DNA of 64,000 bases. Source: a virus. Of the stretch, positions 1 through 9,959 are shown one piece after another (the stretch's first letter is position 1; every line of letters begins with the position of its first letter). The position numbers and the translations under genes are program-made. The stretch is taken from IMG/VR virus record IMGVR_UViG_2556921039_000001; one strand, 5' to 3'. Under the pieces are notes generated by a model. It had not been told where the DNA came from and searched no databases. It saw only the letters and a program-made list of their open reading frames with translations.

Positions 1-57
1 ACCGGTAGTTTTAACACAAGAAATCACAATAAAACACTAATGAAAGGATAGGATGAA

Positions 58-438
58 ATGAGAATTTTAATTATTGAACCGAGGAAAGAACCTTATGAAG
101 CAAAAATTAATAACAGCCTATCGGCTATGCAAAAGGTGGTTGGAGGCTTAATTCAACCGGTAGATATTGACGAAAATGCTACTCTTATATGTAATGAAGA
201 AGGAAAGTTACTGGGACTTGAAGGTAATCGACGTGTCGGCAGAGATATAATAGCAGGCACGTTTTTTATTTGCGGTTGTGACCGATGTGAAGGCGAATTT
301 ATATCTCTTACGGACGAACAACTGCAAAAGTTCTATGAGCGGTTTAAAGAACCAGAGGAATATACCAATGAAGAAGTAGAGGAAACAGCAATTGTTGAGG
401 TTTACGGTCTGGACGCAGATTATGAACCGGAGATGTAA
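58..438 (+). CDS. DUF3846-family protein (ICE accessory)
   Basis: EPRKEPY...LSAMQKVVGGLIQ...CNEEGKLLGL.GNR...DIIAGTFFICG pattern, recognised from memory. Confidence 0.75.
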   Translation: MRILIIEPRKEPYEAKINNSLSAMQKVVGGLIQPVDIDENATLICNEEGKLLGLEGNRRVGRDIIAGTFFICGCDRCEGEFISLTDEQLQKFYERFKEPEEYTNEEVEETAIVEVYGLDADYEPEM

Positions 439-446
439 GGAGGATA

Positions 447-1124
447 ATGATGAATCCGATTATACCGATTATTGTGATTGCCATTTGCCTGATAGGCGGT
501 GGCATTTTTTTATTTATGATGAAAGTAAGCTCTGGTAGAAGAGAGCAAACAGTTAGCGTTGAACAGCAAACTGCCAATGATTTCGTAAATGTCAAAGATA
601 TAAAGGATAAATACTTGTATACAAGAGATGGATATATCGTCATGTATATAAAAATTGATCCAATCAGTATTGAGTTGCTTTCTGAGCAAGAGAAAAAGCA
701 GTTGTGCAAGAGTCTGACAGCGGAATTATCAAGTGAGCAGAAACCATTTAAATTCCTTGCCGTATCCCGTCCGGTGGATATATCACCGCTTATTAATGAA
801 TATACCAAAATTATTGGAACGACAAGCGACCGCAAACAAAAAGACCTGCTAAGAAATGAAATGCTTGTTATGAGTAACTATGCCCTTTCGGGAGAAGTGG
901 TGGAAAGGCAATTTTATATCATGCTATGGGAGCAGTATGAGAACAGCGTGGAACGAGATATCTCAAAACGATGCTATGAGTTTGTATCTAAATTTGAGAG
1001 CAGTAACATCCGCTGTGAAATTTTAAAACAAAATGACATTGTAAAGCTTTGCAATCTGATAAATAATCCTGCTTATTCAAACATTGAGGATAGTGAGTTT
1101 GAGGCTACTATTCCTTTAATTTAG
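447..1124 (+). CDS. Conjugation membrane protein (TrsD/VirB3-associated-like)
   Basis: N-terminal TM helix, GGAGG RBS, lies upstream of the VirB4-like ATPase. Confidence 0.55.
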   Translation: MMNPIIPIIVIAICLIGGGIFLFMMKVSSGRREQTVSVEQQTANDFVNVKDIKDKYLYTRDGYIVMYIKIDPISIELLSEQEKKQLCKSLTAELSSEQKPFKFLAVSRPVDISPLINEYTKIIGTTSDRKQKDLLRNEMLVMSNYALSGEVVERQFYIMLWEQYENSVERDISKRCYEFVSKFESSNIRCEILKQNDIVKLCNLINNPAYSNIEDSEFEATIPLI

Positions 1125-1188
1125 GGTTAGCAATATATTAAAAAAGATATAGCATAACTTGTAAAGCTAAAAACGTGGGGGATTTATT

Positions 1189-1410
1189 ATGGCATATATA
1201 GACAATGAAAAAGCCAGTAATTTTTATGGGAAAATTGATTTTTATTCTATGAAAGGCGAGGTTATGGAAACGCTGTATTATAAAGATAAAGAGGAATTTG
1301 ATAGAGAAATACAAGAGAGCTATGAAATAGGAAGACCGATTAATCCTCAAATACTATCAGAGGACAAATATTTAGATAATCATTATGATGAAGAAATGGA
1401 GATGGAATAA
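1189..1410 (+). CDS. Small acidic hypothetical protein
   Basis: GGGGG RBS; its TAA overlaps the ATG of the next gene (TAATG). Confidence 0.6.
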   Translation: MAYIDNEKASNFYGKIDFYSMKGEVMETLYYKDKEEFDREIQESYEIGRPINPQILSEDKYLDNHYDEEMEME

Positions 1411-3248
1411 TGATTAAGAATAAAAAGAATACACAAATAGAAATATCACTAAATAATGCACTTTTAAATATTATTACACCAATGGGATTTGAAATAAAGA
1501 GAAACAGTCTTGTTATAGGTGAAAATACCGGAAAAGTATATGGAATTGTTAAATATCCGCAAAAAGTAGACTTTGGCTGGCTTGCCAAGCTTACAAACAT
1601 TCCCGGCACCATTGTCAGTATATCTTTTACGCCTATCGACAACGGTGCTTTTATTGAAAGCCTTTCGAGAAGCGTTATCCAAAGCCGTGGTACTGCTGAA
1701 AGTGCAAAAGACCCGTTAGTACAGAAAAGAGCTGAAAGAGCAGCAAAAGACGGTGAACGTATCATGGTGCAGATTGACCAAAATGGCGAGACGGTAGGGC
1801 TTATGGGTATTACCATCATGCCTATATCCAGGGATGAAGAACTGTTTAATAAAGTTTGCAGAAAGACCGAGAGTGTTTGTGCAATAGCCAAGTGTAAACC
1901 AAGAGGGCTTGCAAATTTGCAGGAGCAAGCATTTAAAACCCTTTCTCCTTTTTATACAAGGGAAGAGAGTGTTGATCAGATTGTACAGCGAATTATTCCA
2001 TTATCAAGCTTTGTCGGCGGTTTTCCCTTCTCTAGTTCAGGATATAATGACAGAACCGGCTATTACTTTGGACGTGATACAAGCGGTGGTTTAATTGTGG
2101 TTGACCCTTGGAAGCGTGGCAACGATAGAACCAATACCAACTTTACAATTATGGGTGTTGCAGGAGTGGGTAAAAGTACGGCAGTCAAACATATTGCTTT
2201 ATCAGAATATATGAAAGGGACAAAAATAATCTTCATAGATCCTGAAAGAGAATATAAGGAATTATGCAAAGCTCTCAATGGTGACTGGATAAATGCCGGT
2301 GGTGGAAGTAACGGTAGAATTAATCCTTTGCAAATACGCCCTACGCCGGTAGATGATGATGACGAGGTTTATAAAGATGATGGTCATGGTATGGGTGATA
2401 TGGCCATCTATATTAAAAATATAGAGATATTTTTTAGCTTATACCTGCCGTCTCTGACAGATATGCAAAAAGCTGTTTTAAAAGACTGCTTGATAGAGCT
2501 TTACCATATCTTTGATATAACATGGGACACGGATGTATCAAAGCTAAATAATAAAGATTTCCCCATATTTTTAGACCTGTATAAACTCATTGAAAAAAAG
2601 GCACAGGATAAAGAAAAAACACGAAAGGAAAGCGAACCCAATGTTTATGCTGATCTTGCTGTGCTTTTTAAAGATATTGCCAAGGGAAGCGACTCTTTTC
2701 TTTGGAACGGTTACAGTTCTATTCAAACCAATACAAGATGTATCTGCCTTGATACTCACGATTTACAGAATACTTCGGACAATATCAAGAGGACACAGTA
2801 TTTTAATATCCTTACCTGGTGTTGGCAGCAGATGAGCAAAAACAGGAATGAAAGAGTGCTGCTCATAGCTGATGAAGCTTATCTGATGATCGATCCTAAT
2901 GTTCCCCAATCCCTTGTATTCTTAAGAAATGTTGAAAAGCGTTCAAGAAAATATGAAGCAGGCGTAGCAATTATCAGTCATTCCGTTGTTGACTTTCTCG
3001 ATCCTGCTATAAAAATGTATGGACAGGCACTTCTTGACATACCATGCTTTAAAATCCTGATGGGGTGTGATGGGAAGAATTTGCAGGAAACAAAGGAACT
3101 TTACAATCTCACTGATGTAGAGGAAGAACTTTTAGCAAGCAAAAAACGGGGTAGTGCACTTGTGATAATTGGTTCTAAACGACTTCATGTAACATTTGAA
3201 ATACCGGAATATAAATTTGAGTATATGGGCAAAGCAGGCGGAAGATAA
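1410..3248 (+). CDS. virB4: VirB4/TraE-like conjugative ATPase
   Basis: Walker A GVAGVGKS, FIDPEREY, Walker B IADEAY, RSRKY...ISHS motifs; 612 aa. Confidence 0.9.
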   Translation: MIKNKKNTQIEISLNNALLNIITPMGFEIKRNSLVIGENTGKVYGIVKYPQKVDFGWLAKLTNIPGTIVSISFTPIDNGAFIESLSRSVIQSRGTAESAKDPLVQKRAERAAKDGERIMVQIDQNGETVGLMGITIMPISRDEELFNKVCRKTESVCAIAKCKPRGLANLQEQAFKTLSPFYTREESVDQIVQRIIPLSSFVGGFPFSSSGYNDRTGYYFGRDTSGGLIVVDPWKRGNDRTNTNFTIMGVAGVGKSTAVKHIALSEYMKGTKIIFIDPEREYKELCKALNGDWINAGGGSNGRINPLQIRPTPVDDDDEVYKDDGHGMGDMAIYIKNIEIFFSLYLPSLTDMQKAVLKDCLIELYHIFDITWDTDVSKLNNKDFPIFLDLYKLIEKKAQDKEKTRKESEPNVYADLAVLFKDIAKGSDSFLWNGYSSIQTNTRCICLDTHDLQNTSDNIKRTQYFNILTWCWQQMSKNRNERVLLIADEAYLMIDPNVPQSLVFLRNVEKRSRKYEAGVAIISHSVVDFLDPAIKMYGQALLDIPCFKILMGCDGKNLQETKELYNLTDVEEELLASKKRGSALVIIGSKRLHVTFEIPEYKFEYMGKAGGR

Positions 3249-3291
3249 TCTGCCTGCTTTAATAATTCATAAATATGGGGAGGAGAGAGGA

Positions 3292-3459
3292 ATGAAGAAA
3301 AAACTATTAATAGAATTGATTATATACGCTATCTTGGCCATTATCGGAATTATATTGCTGTTTACTTATAAGCCGGAAAAAGAACCTAGAAATATTCCAT
3401 CTGATTTTATTATTACAGTGGAAGGAGTAAAAAACGATGTTGCTATACATGACAAGTAA
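3292..3459 (+). CDS. Small single-TM protein
   Basis: ATG 3292 after GGAGGAGAG; MKKK followed by a hydrophobic helix. Confidence 0.6.
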   Translation: MKKKLLIELIIYAILAIIGIILLFTYKPEKEPRNIPSDFIITVEGVKNDVAIHDK

Positions 3460-4450
3460 TCAGAATGTGGGGCTGTTTGATTTCCTTGTAAAGAAGCAGG
3501 GGATTATCGTCAAAAAGCTTTCCGGCGAGTTTTACCTGAAGAAATTTGTTATCAATGATATGCGAAATTTAAGCCACTATTCTTTTGTTGCAATTGATTT
3601 GTCAGCATTAAAAGATACAGAGGATGAAATCATGGAAGCCGTTATTGCTTTTAAGTCCATGTATTATTCCCGGCTAATTATCTTTGCAGAAGGCATGAAC
3701 TATTCTAATCCTTTTGTATCACGTCTTGTTGAAGAAGGGATTTATAACATCATAACAGCAACAGAAATTGAGGAAATAAAATCTGAAATCGTTATGTGTG
3801 TCAGTGACGAAGGAATGGGTTATCACGATATAATAAAAGGTCCTGCTGCAGGAGAATTAATGCCGGAATATTCGTTTAAAGGGGAAAATATAACAATTGG
3901 TATTGCAGGGGTATTAAGTAGGATTGGCACAACTACAACAGCAATGAATCTAGCAAACTATTTAGCTTCTATCGGAGCCAAGGTTAGTTATATCGAGGCC
4001 AATGCCAATAATCACTTGAATACTTTGCCTAATGTATATAAGGGGATGAAGGCTGAGGATGAGTGTATCAGATACAAAGGCGTAAATTATATGACTATTA
4101 AATCAGGGAACAAAGAAAACAGTGACTTAAGTGTATTTGACTTTGGAGTGCTTAATGATGGGAATTTAAAGGCTCTTAAATATAGTAAGGTAGTTATTGT
4201 ATGCGGTGGTTGTAAACCGTATGAACTCAAAGCCTTGTATAATGCGATTTTGAAGCTTAAGGAATTATCTATCAATATAATACTATCTTTTATTCCGGAA
4301 CGTGGCAGGGTTAGCTTAAAAAATGATTTACAAATTGAAAATAGCATAGTCCATTTTGCCGACTACTCGCCGGATCTATTTGACGGCACCGTCAATAACC
4401 GTATCTGGAAGGATATTTTAAGTGAATATATTTTCGAGAGAATCACCTAA
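3437..4450 (+). CDS. Receiver-like domain plus MinD/CpaE-like P-loop protein
   Basis: Deviant Walker A GVLSRIGTTTTAMNLA; N-terminal receiver-like alpha/beta segment. Confidence 0.65.
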   Translation: MLLYMTSNQNVGLFDFLVKKQGIIVKKLSGEFYLKKFVINDMRNLSHYSFVAIDLSALKDTEDEIMEAVIAFKSMYYSRLIIFAEGMNYSNPFVSRLVEEGIYNIITATEIEEIKSEIVMCVSDEGMGYHDIIKGPAAGELMPEYSFKGENITIGIAGVLSRIGTTTTAMNLANYLASIGAKVSYIEANANNHLNTLPNVYKGMKAEDECIRYKGVNYMTIKSGNKENSDLSVFDFGVLNDGNLKALKYSKVVIVCGGCKPYELKALYNAILKLKELSINIILSFIPERGRVSLKNDLQIENSIVHFADYSPDLFDGTVNNRIWKDILSEYIFERIT

Positions 4451-4472
4451 AGTAGAAAGGAGGCTATCGTTG

Positions 4473-5114
4473 ATGAATAAAGCAGACATAATTAACCAAA
4501 TATACAGTGCTAATTTAACAAAAAGGGCTACCCTTGTTGTATTCTACCTTGTAAACCGTGCCAATAAGGAATTCACCTGCTTTCCAGCGGTCAAAACCAT
4601 TGCAAAAGACTGCAACATGAGTGCAAGGACGGTACAAAGAGCGATAAACGATCTTATTGATGCAGGATATGTAAAGAAAGATTACCGGTTCAGGGAAAAT
4701 GGCGGGCAGAGTTCCAATCTTTATACCCTTGTGCTTAATCCTGATGATGGAAATGAAGATGAGCAAAAACAGCCACCTTCTACACTAGAAAAACCACTAG
4801 AAGAGACAAAAGAAGAAAAACATGAAACGGAAAGCGTAGGTGTTGAGTATGTCAATTTCTCATTCTATGAGAGAAAAAATGACGGTACTTGTGTAAGAGA
4901 AAATGCTAGCACAGAAGCAAAGAAAAATATCAGTAGCTCAAAATCTATTTTCGAGAAAATATTACATGAGGGTGGCGAATGTAATAGCTATTACTTATTT
5001 AATGAAAGTAAAAAATTGGAGAAATATATAGCAGAAAATAATACTGAATTTGTTAATGATGTACTTGCCTTACATAACTGTCGCAGGGAGGGCGACAATT
5101 TTGCAGTACCATAG
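4473..5114 (+). CDS. Helix-turn-helix (HTH_36-type) protein, replication-initiator-like N-terminus
   Basis: CFPAVKTIAKDCNMSARTVQRAINDLIDAGY...GGQSSNLY; AAAGGAGG RBS before ATG 4473. Confidence 0.7.
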   Translation: MNKADIINQIYSANLTKRATLVVFYLVNRANKEFTCFPAVKTIAKDCNMSARTVQRAINDLIDAGYVKKDYRFRENGGQSSNLYTLVLNPDDGNEDEQKQPPSTLEKPLEETKEEKHETESVGVEYVNFSFYERKNDGTCVRENASTEAKKNISSSKSIFEKILHEGGECNSYYLFNESKKLEKYIAENNTEFVNDVLALHNCRREGDNFAVP

Positions 5115-5182
5115 AACTATACAGGGTAACGATCTGGGATATTGAAAAAGAAGTATTATTTTAAACCTCTATAGATACATGA

Positions 5183-5232
5183 ATACAACATAGTGTAAAG
5201 TTGTTGTATGATGCTATAGCATATGCTATAAT
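5183..5232 (+). promoter_or_regulatory. SigA-type promoter with overlapping palindromic operators
   Basis: TTGTAT(5204-09)-17bp-TATAAT(5227-32) with extended TG; perfect palindrome TATAGCATATGCTATA 5215-5230; inverted repeat ATACAACA/TGTTGTAT 5183-90/5202-09. Confidence 0.7.
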
Positions 5233-5259
5233 ATATCATGGATAATTGGAGGTGTATTT

Positions 5260-5469
5260 ATGTCTTTTGGAGATTTAGTAAAGGAAATAAGAAGAGAATT
5301 GAGTATTAGTCAAGAACAACTTGCCCATGATTTGAACATTAGCTTTTCAACCATCAACAGATGGGAAAATGGTAAAACTTCTCCAAGTAAATTAGCAAAA
5401 CATAGACTTCATGAATACTGCATTAGTAAAAATATTACTAAAAATATTACTGAAAAGTTTAATAAATAA
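5260..5469 (+). CDS. XRE-family HTH regulator
   Basis: SQEQLAHDLNISFSTINRWENGKTSP; GGAGGT RBS. Confidence 0.9.
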   Translation: MSFGDLVKEIRRELSISQEQLAHDLNISFSTINRWENGKTSPSKLAKHRLHEYCISKNITKNITEKFNK

Positions 5470-5501
5470 AATTCTACATTTTGTAAGAAAGGAGTAGAAC
5501 A

Positions 5502-5582
5502 ATGGCTAGAGCAGACTTGCTTTTAGAAATTGTAAAGCATGGACTTTCAGGGATTTTAAAATTAAGGATGGAAATGCAATGA
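5502..5582 (+). pseudogene. Truncated gene start (MARADLLLEIVKHGLSG...), resembling the N-terminus of AAA+ ATPases that follow such XRE genes
   Basis: Strong AAAGGAG RBS, then only 26 codons; family resemblance is from recall only. Confidence 0.4.
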
Positions 5583-5923
5583 GTAAGAGCCATTTTAGTA
5601 TTACCAAATTTAATTTTAAAAACCATTTACACAAAATATTCTAAGCTACCGTTTTTTATTATTATCATTATTTAATATTTTTATAGATAGTCCTGATACT
5701 TTTCAATATGTATGAGCTCATTACACAACAAGTTAGCAAGCGTTTATTATTTTATTTGTCATCGCATTAGTAGTTACAATAATAGGACATGCTTTAATAC
5801 TGTTAACAGGGAGAAATTACTTATAGAGAAAAGAATATTGGGCCGAACGAGCGAGAAAAAGAAATGAAAAGGTTAGAAAAGTTGGAGTGAAAGAAAAATA
5901 AAGAGATTGAGTATTATTAATAA

Positions 5924-7348
5924 ATGGGTGATTGTATGGATGTAAAATATCAAGTATTCATTAGTTCAACTTATATAGATTTGAAAGAAGCACGTGAAAA
6001 AATTACGAAGGCTATTTTAAGTTCGTATCATATTCCCATAGGAATGGAAATGTTTAATGCAGGGGATGAGGAACAATGGGAAGTAATCAAGAAAACCATT
6101 GATGTATCGGATTATTATGTGCTAATTATCGGACATAGATACGGCAGCTTAACGAATGAAGGCATCAGTTATACTGAAAAAGAATATAGGTATGCAAAAG
6201 AAAAAGGAATTCCAATACATATATTTATAAGAAATGACAATGTAGCAACAAAGCCTGATGAAAGAGACGAAGAACCTGATTTGATTCAAAAATTAAAGGC
6301 TTTTAAAGAAGAAGCTAAGATAGGCAAGATGGTTGATTTTTGGAATGATATTTCAGACTTGGAGAGTAAAGTTCTGTTATCCTTGTTCAAGGCTATGAAC
6401 TCTAAGAAAGGTATAGGGTGGGTAAGGGCAAATAAAGCGGATATTAATGCAATGTCAGATGAACTTGTTCGACTTAGTAAAGAAAATCATACTCTTAGAG
6501 ATGAAGTTAAACGTCTTGAAAATATGATTAAGGCTCGAAGTCCTAGAATAGATGTTCAAATAGATGGAAGTAATGACTTAAAATTTGTGATCACTAGAAG
6601 AAATGACTATAAATTATACAAGCCGGTTAAACTTGAAGATTTACCCGAAGAAGTTTCCAAATATTTAGAGCTTAATGATATAAATGAATATAATGCTCAA
6701 TTGAGTAAGATTTATGGATTGGATGATTACAATGATGAAATCAGTTCGGACAAATATCTAAAAGACAACCACAATAAACCTGTAATCACTGTTATTAATA
6801 ATGGTACCGGAAAAGCTAACGACATTGATATAGTCATTGAATTTCCTGATGAACTTGTAATTATGAAAGCTGCTAATTTAAATTTAGATGAAATAGAAAA
6901 ACCAGAGGGATTACCTGAGCATCTATATGATTTAGCAAAAGAAAGACGGCAAGAAGAGATGTTGAAGCAGAGTCCAGCATTTAAATCTGTAACAAATCTT
7001 AGCAAAATAGTTAATGCTTTTGGCTCACATTTAATCGCAGGAGAACAGTTTAGCAGTAGATTAGCTCTAAGTGAAATAGCAGGCAGTACACTCGGTAACT
7101 TTAACATTCGTCAGTCATTATCAGTGTCAGAGGAAGATAATACAATTGAAATAAACATTGATGATTTACTTCACACCAATGAGTTAAATTTTGAGGATGA
7201 AGATTATATAATTGTACCGAGGAAAGCAGGTAGTTATGAAATTAAGGTGTCAATTATATGTGAAGAATATGAGACAAGAGATGAAATTATTATACCTGTT
7301 ACTATTGAAGAAACAGTCAAGTATTTTGATGTAGAGAACTATTTGTAG
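5924..7348 (+). CDS. DUF4062 (TIR/NDT-like) domain protein with coiled coil and unknown C-terminal domain
   Basis: KYQVFISSTYIDLKEAR...GMEMF...SDYYVLIIGHRYGS...SYTEKEYRYA. Confidence 0.85.
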   Translation: MGDCMDVKYQVFISSTYIDLKEAREKITKAILSSYHIPIGMEMFNAGDEEQWEVIKKTIDVSDYYVLIIGHRYGSLTNEGISYTEKEYRYAKEKGIPIHIFIRNDNVATKPDERDEEPDLIQKLKAFKEEAKIGKMVDFWNDISDLESKVLLSLFKAMNSKKGIGWVRANKADINAMSDELVRLSKENHTLRDEVKRLENMIKARSPRIDVQIDGSNDLKFVITRRNDYKLYKPVKLEDLPEEVSKYLELNDINEYNAQLSKIYGLDDYNDEISSDKYLKDNHNKPVITVINNGTGKANDIDIVIEFPDELVIMKAANLNLDEIEKPEGLPEHLYDLAKERRQEEMLKQSPAFKSVTNLSKIVNAFGSHLIAGEQFSSRLALSEIAGSTLGNFNIRQSLSVSEEDNTIEINIDDLLHTNELNFEDEDYIIVPRKAGSYEIKVSIICEEYETRDEIIIPVTIEETVKYFDVENYL

Positions 7349-7417
7349 GAAAGCTACTCAAATAGCCAATTACGGAAGAGTAGCGTCATGAGGTTGGATG
7401 AGGGGAGCAGTTCTTGT

Positions 7418-7742
7418 ATGCCGGACACAAACTGGTTTAAGCTGAATAAGTTATAATTGGACAGATATGCAGAATATTATGCAAAGATGGAGTTTTGCAT
7501 CCTATGGATTTAAGGTCTATACATCGGAAGTGGATGATCATGGTATAGATTTTATTGCTAAAGGGAAAAACGGAAAAATTCATGAACTGCAAGTCAAAGC
7601 AGTAAGGCAATCTAACTATGTGTACATGCAGAAAGACAAGTGGAACATCTTTGCCCCGAATATATACCTGCCATTGAAGTCTGTGATGGCTGGGCATGGG
7701 AGTGTAAAATACGCCATTCAGATAATACAGTCAAAAAAGTAA
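7418..7742 (+). pseudogene. Degraded PD-(D/E)xK nuclease-like gene (DUF4365-like)
   Basis: MPDTNWFKLNKL* (TAA 7454-56), then RYAEYYAKMEF, +1 T at 7493-96, then ASYGFKVYTSEVDDHGIDFIAK...ELQVKA. Confidence 0.7.
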
Positions 7743-7844
7743 TAGGTACAGTAGAGCCTCCACCTAGAGGGAAACGACTAAAGAATCAAATTTTCAAATT
7801 GGCTGCCTTTGAGGTCAAGCCTTGGATTTTGTAGGAGGGGTAGT

Positions 7845-8309
7845 ATGGGTAGCAGTTTTCGAATTAGTTGTAGAGAATGTGATTATACAAAAGATTTTAG
7901 AATAGGAATTGGGATGATGTACAGTCCTTATAATCTTAGAGATTTTGACTCAGAGTTCGCTTTGCTTCCCTATCTAATTCGGTCAAAAAAGATGCTTGCA
8001 CATATTAAAGAATTACTGAATGAAAAAAATGCAGAAATCTCAGATGATTATGGTCATGAGATATACCGTTGTCCGAAGTGCGGGGAATTCTTTGGGCAAT
8101 TTTATATCCGTGTAGAATATGACGGGAGTAGTTTTGAAGTGCAATATAAATGCACAAAGTGTAAGACAGCATTAAAAATGATTGATTATGATATCATCGT
8201 GGTTGACGGTTGGCAGGAGAAAGAAATTAACCTTGAAAAGTATCCTTGTCCTAAGTGTGGCAAATATAGTTTGTATGAGGGCGGGACTGAGTCTATCTTA
8301 TGGGATTAA
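7845..8309 (+). CDS. Zinc-ribbon protein with four CxxC motifs
   Basis: CREC, CPKC, CTKC, CPKC; GGAGGGG RBS before ATG 7845. Confidence 0.7.
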   Translation: MGSSFRISCRECDYTKDFRIGIGMMYSPYNLRDFDSEFALLPYLIRSKKMLAHIKELLNEKNAEISDDYGHEIYRCPKCGEFFGQFYIRVEYDGSSFEVQYKCTKCKTALKMIDYDIIVVDGWQEKEINLEKYPCPKCGKYSLYEGGTESILWD

Positions 8310-8399
8310 GGCAAGAATTGTTTCAGGTAGATATATAAAAGAGCTAGAAAAAAAGAAATAAATTATTTGAAACCCAAAATAACGAAAAGGATGTGCAAA

Positions 8400-9959
8400 A
8401 TGGCGAAGAATAATATGAACGGCAAAAAAGAAGAACCAATTGAAAAACAGCTTTGGAAAGCAGCAGACAAGCTTAGAAAAAATATTGATGCTGCCGAATA
8501 TAAACATATTGTTTTAGGTTTAATATTTTTAAAATACATATCTGATGCTTTTGAAGATTTGTACCGGAAATTAGAAAAAGGTGAAGGGGAATATGCTGGT
8601 GCTGACCCTGAAGACAAAGACGAATATAAAGCAGAAAATGTCTTTTTTGTTCCCGAAAAGGCCCGCTGGTCATATCTACAATCAAGAGCAAAACTCCCGG
8701 AGATTGGTAAAGACGTTGATGGAGCGATGGATGCTATTGAAAAGGAGAATCCGTCACTTAAAGATGTTCTGCCAAAAGTTTATGCAAGAGGTAATCTTGA
8801 CCCTACGAATTTAGGCGGATTGATTGACTTAGTAGGAAATATAGCTCTTGGTGATGCAAAAGCCAGAAGTGCCGACATTCTTGGTCATGTTTTTGAATAT
8901 TTTCTAGGCGAGTTTGCATTAGCTGAAGGAAAAAAGGGTGGACAGTTCTATACCCCTAGAAGTGTTGTTGAGTTATTGGTAGAAATGTTAGAGCCATATA
9001 AAGGTAGAGTATTCGACCCTTGCTGTGGCTCAGGTGGTATGTTTGTTCAGTCAGAAAAATTTGTTCAAGACCATCAAGGAAAAGTAAACGATATTTCAAT
9101 TTACGGACAGGAAAGCAACCAGACGACCTGGCGGTTAGCAAAAATGAACCTTGCCATCAGGGGGATAGACAGTTCTCAAGTAAAGTGGAACAACGAAGGT
9201 TCTTTCTTAAACGATAGTCATAAAGATTTGAAAGCCGATTATGTAATTGCTAATCCGCCCTTTAATGACAGCGACTGGAGCGGCGATTTACTTAGAAAAG
9301 ATGGCAGATGGAAATATGGTACACCGCCCGTTGGTAACGCAAACTATGCCTGGATACAGCACTTTATCTATCATCTTAATCCCAGTGGACAAGCCGGTTT
9401 TGTTCTGGCGAAAGGTGCTTTGACTTCTAAAAGTTCCGGTGAAGGTGATATCAGAAAAGAGCTTGTTGAAGCCCGCTTGGTAGATTGTATTGTAAATCTA
9501 CCTGCAAAACTTTTTTTGAATACACAAATTCCCGCCAGCTTGTGGTTTCTGAGCAGGAATAAGGAAAATGGAAAATTTCGTAATAGAACAGATGAAATTT
9601 TGTTTATTGATGCTCGAAATATGGGACACCTAATAAATAGAAGGACGAGAGAACTTTCAAGAGAAGATATCCAAACAATTGCGGAGACTTATCATAATTG
9701 GCGTAATCCTGAAGGAAATTATGAAGATATAAAAGGTTTTTGTAATTCTGCATCTATTGAAAAGGTTAGAGAACTTGATTATGTGCTTACACCGGGTAGA
9801 TATGTCGGTTTGCCTGATGATGAAGATGATTTTGATTTTAATGAACGCTTTACAAAGCTAAGAAAAGAGTTTGAAGAACAACTAAAAGAAGAAGAAAAGT
9901 TAAATGCATTAATTATTGAAAATCTTGCCAAGGTGGTGATAAAGAGTGGCAAAGATTAA
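8400..9959 (+). CDS. hsdM: Type I RM methyltransferase subunit
   Basis: [24 protein letters not shown] (motif I), ANPPF (motif IV). Confidence 0.97.
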   Translation: MAKNNMNGKKEEPIEKQLWKAADKLRKNIDAAEYKHIVLGLIFLKYISDAFEDLYRKLEKGEGEYAGADPEDKDEYKAENVFFVPEKARWSYLQSRAKLPEIGKDVDGAMDAIEKENPSLKDVLPKVYARGNLDPTNLGGLIDLVGNIALGDAKARSADILGHVFEYFLGEFALAEGKKGGQFYTPRSVVELLVEMLEPYKGRVFDPCCGSGGMFVQSEKFVQDHQGKVNDISIYGQESNQTTWRLAKMNLAIRGIDSSQVKWNNEGSFLNDSHKDLKADYVIANPPFNDSDWSGDLLRKDGRWKYGTPPVGNANYAWIQHFIYHLNPSGQAGFVLAKGALTSKSSGEGDIRKELVEARLVDCIVNLPAKLFLNTQIPASLWFLSRNKENGKFRNRTDEILFIDARNMGHLINRRTRELSREDIQTIAETYHNWRNPEGNYEDIKGFCNSASIEKVRELDYVLTPGRYVGLPDDEDDFDFNERFTKLRKEFEEQLKEEEKLNALIIENLAKVVIKSGKD

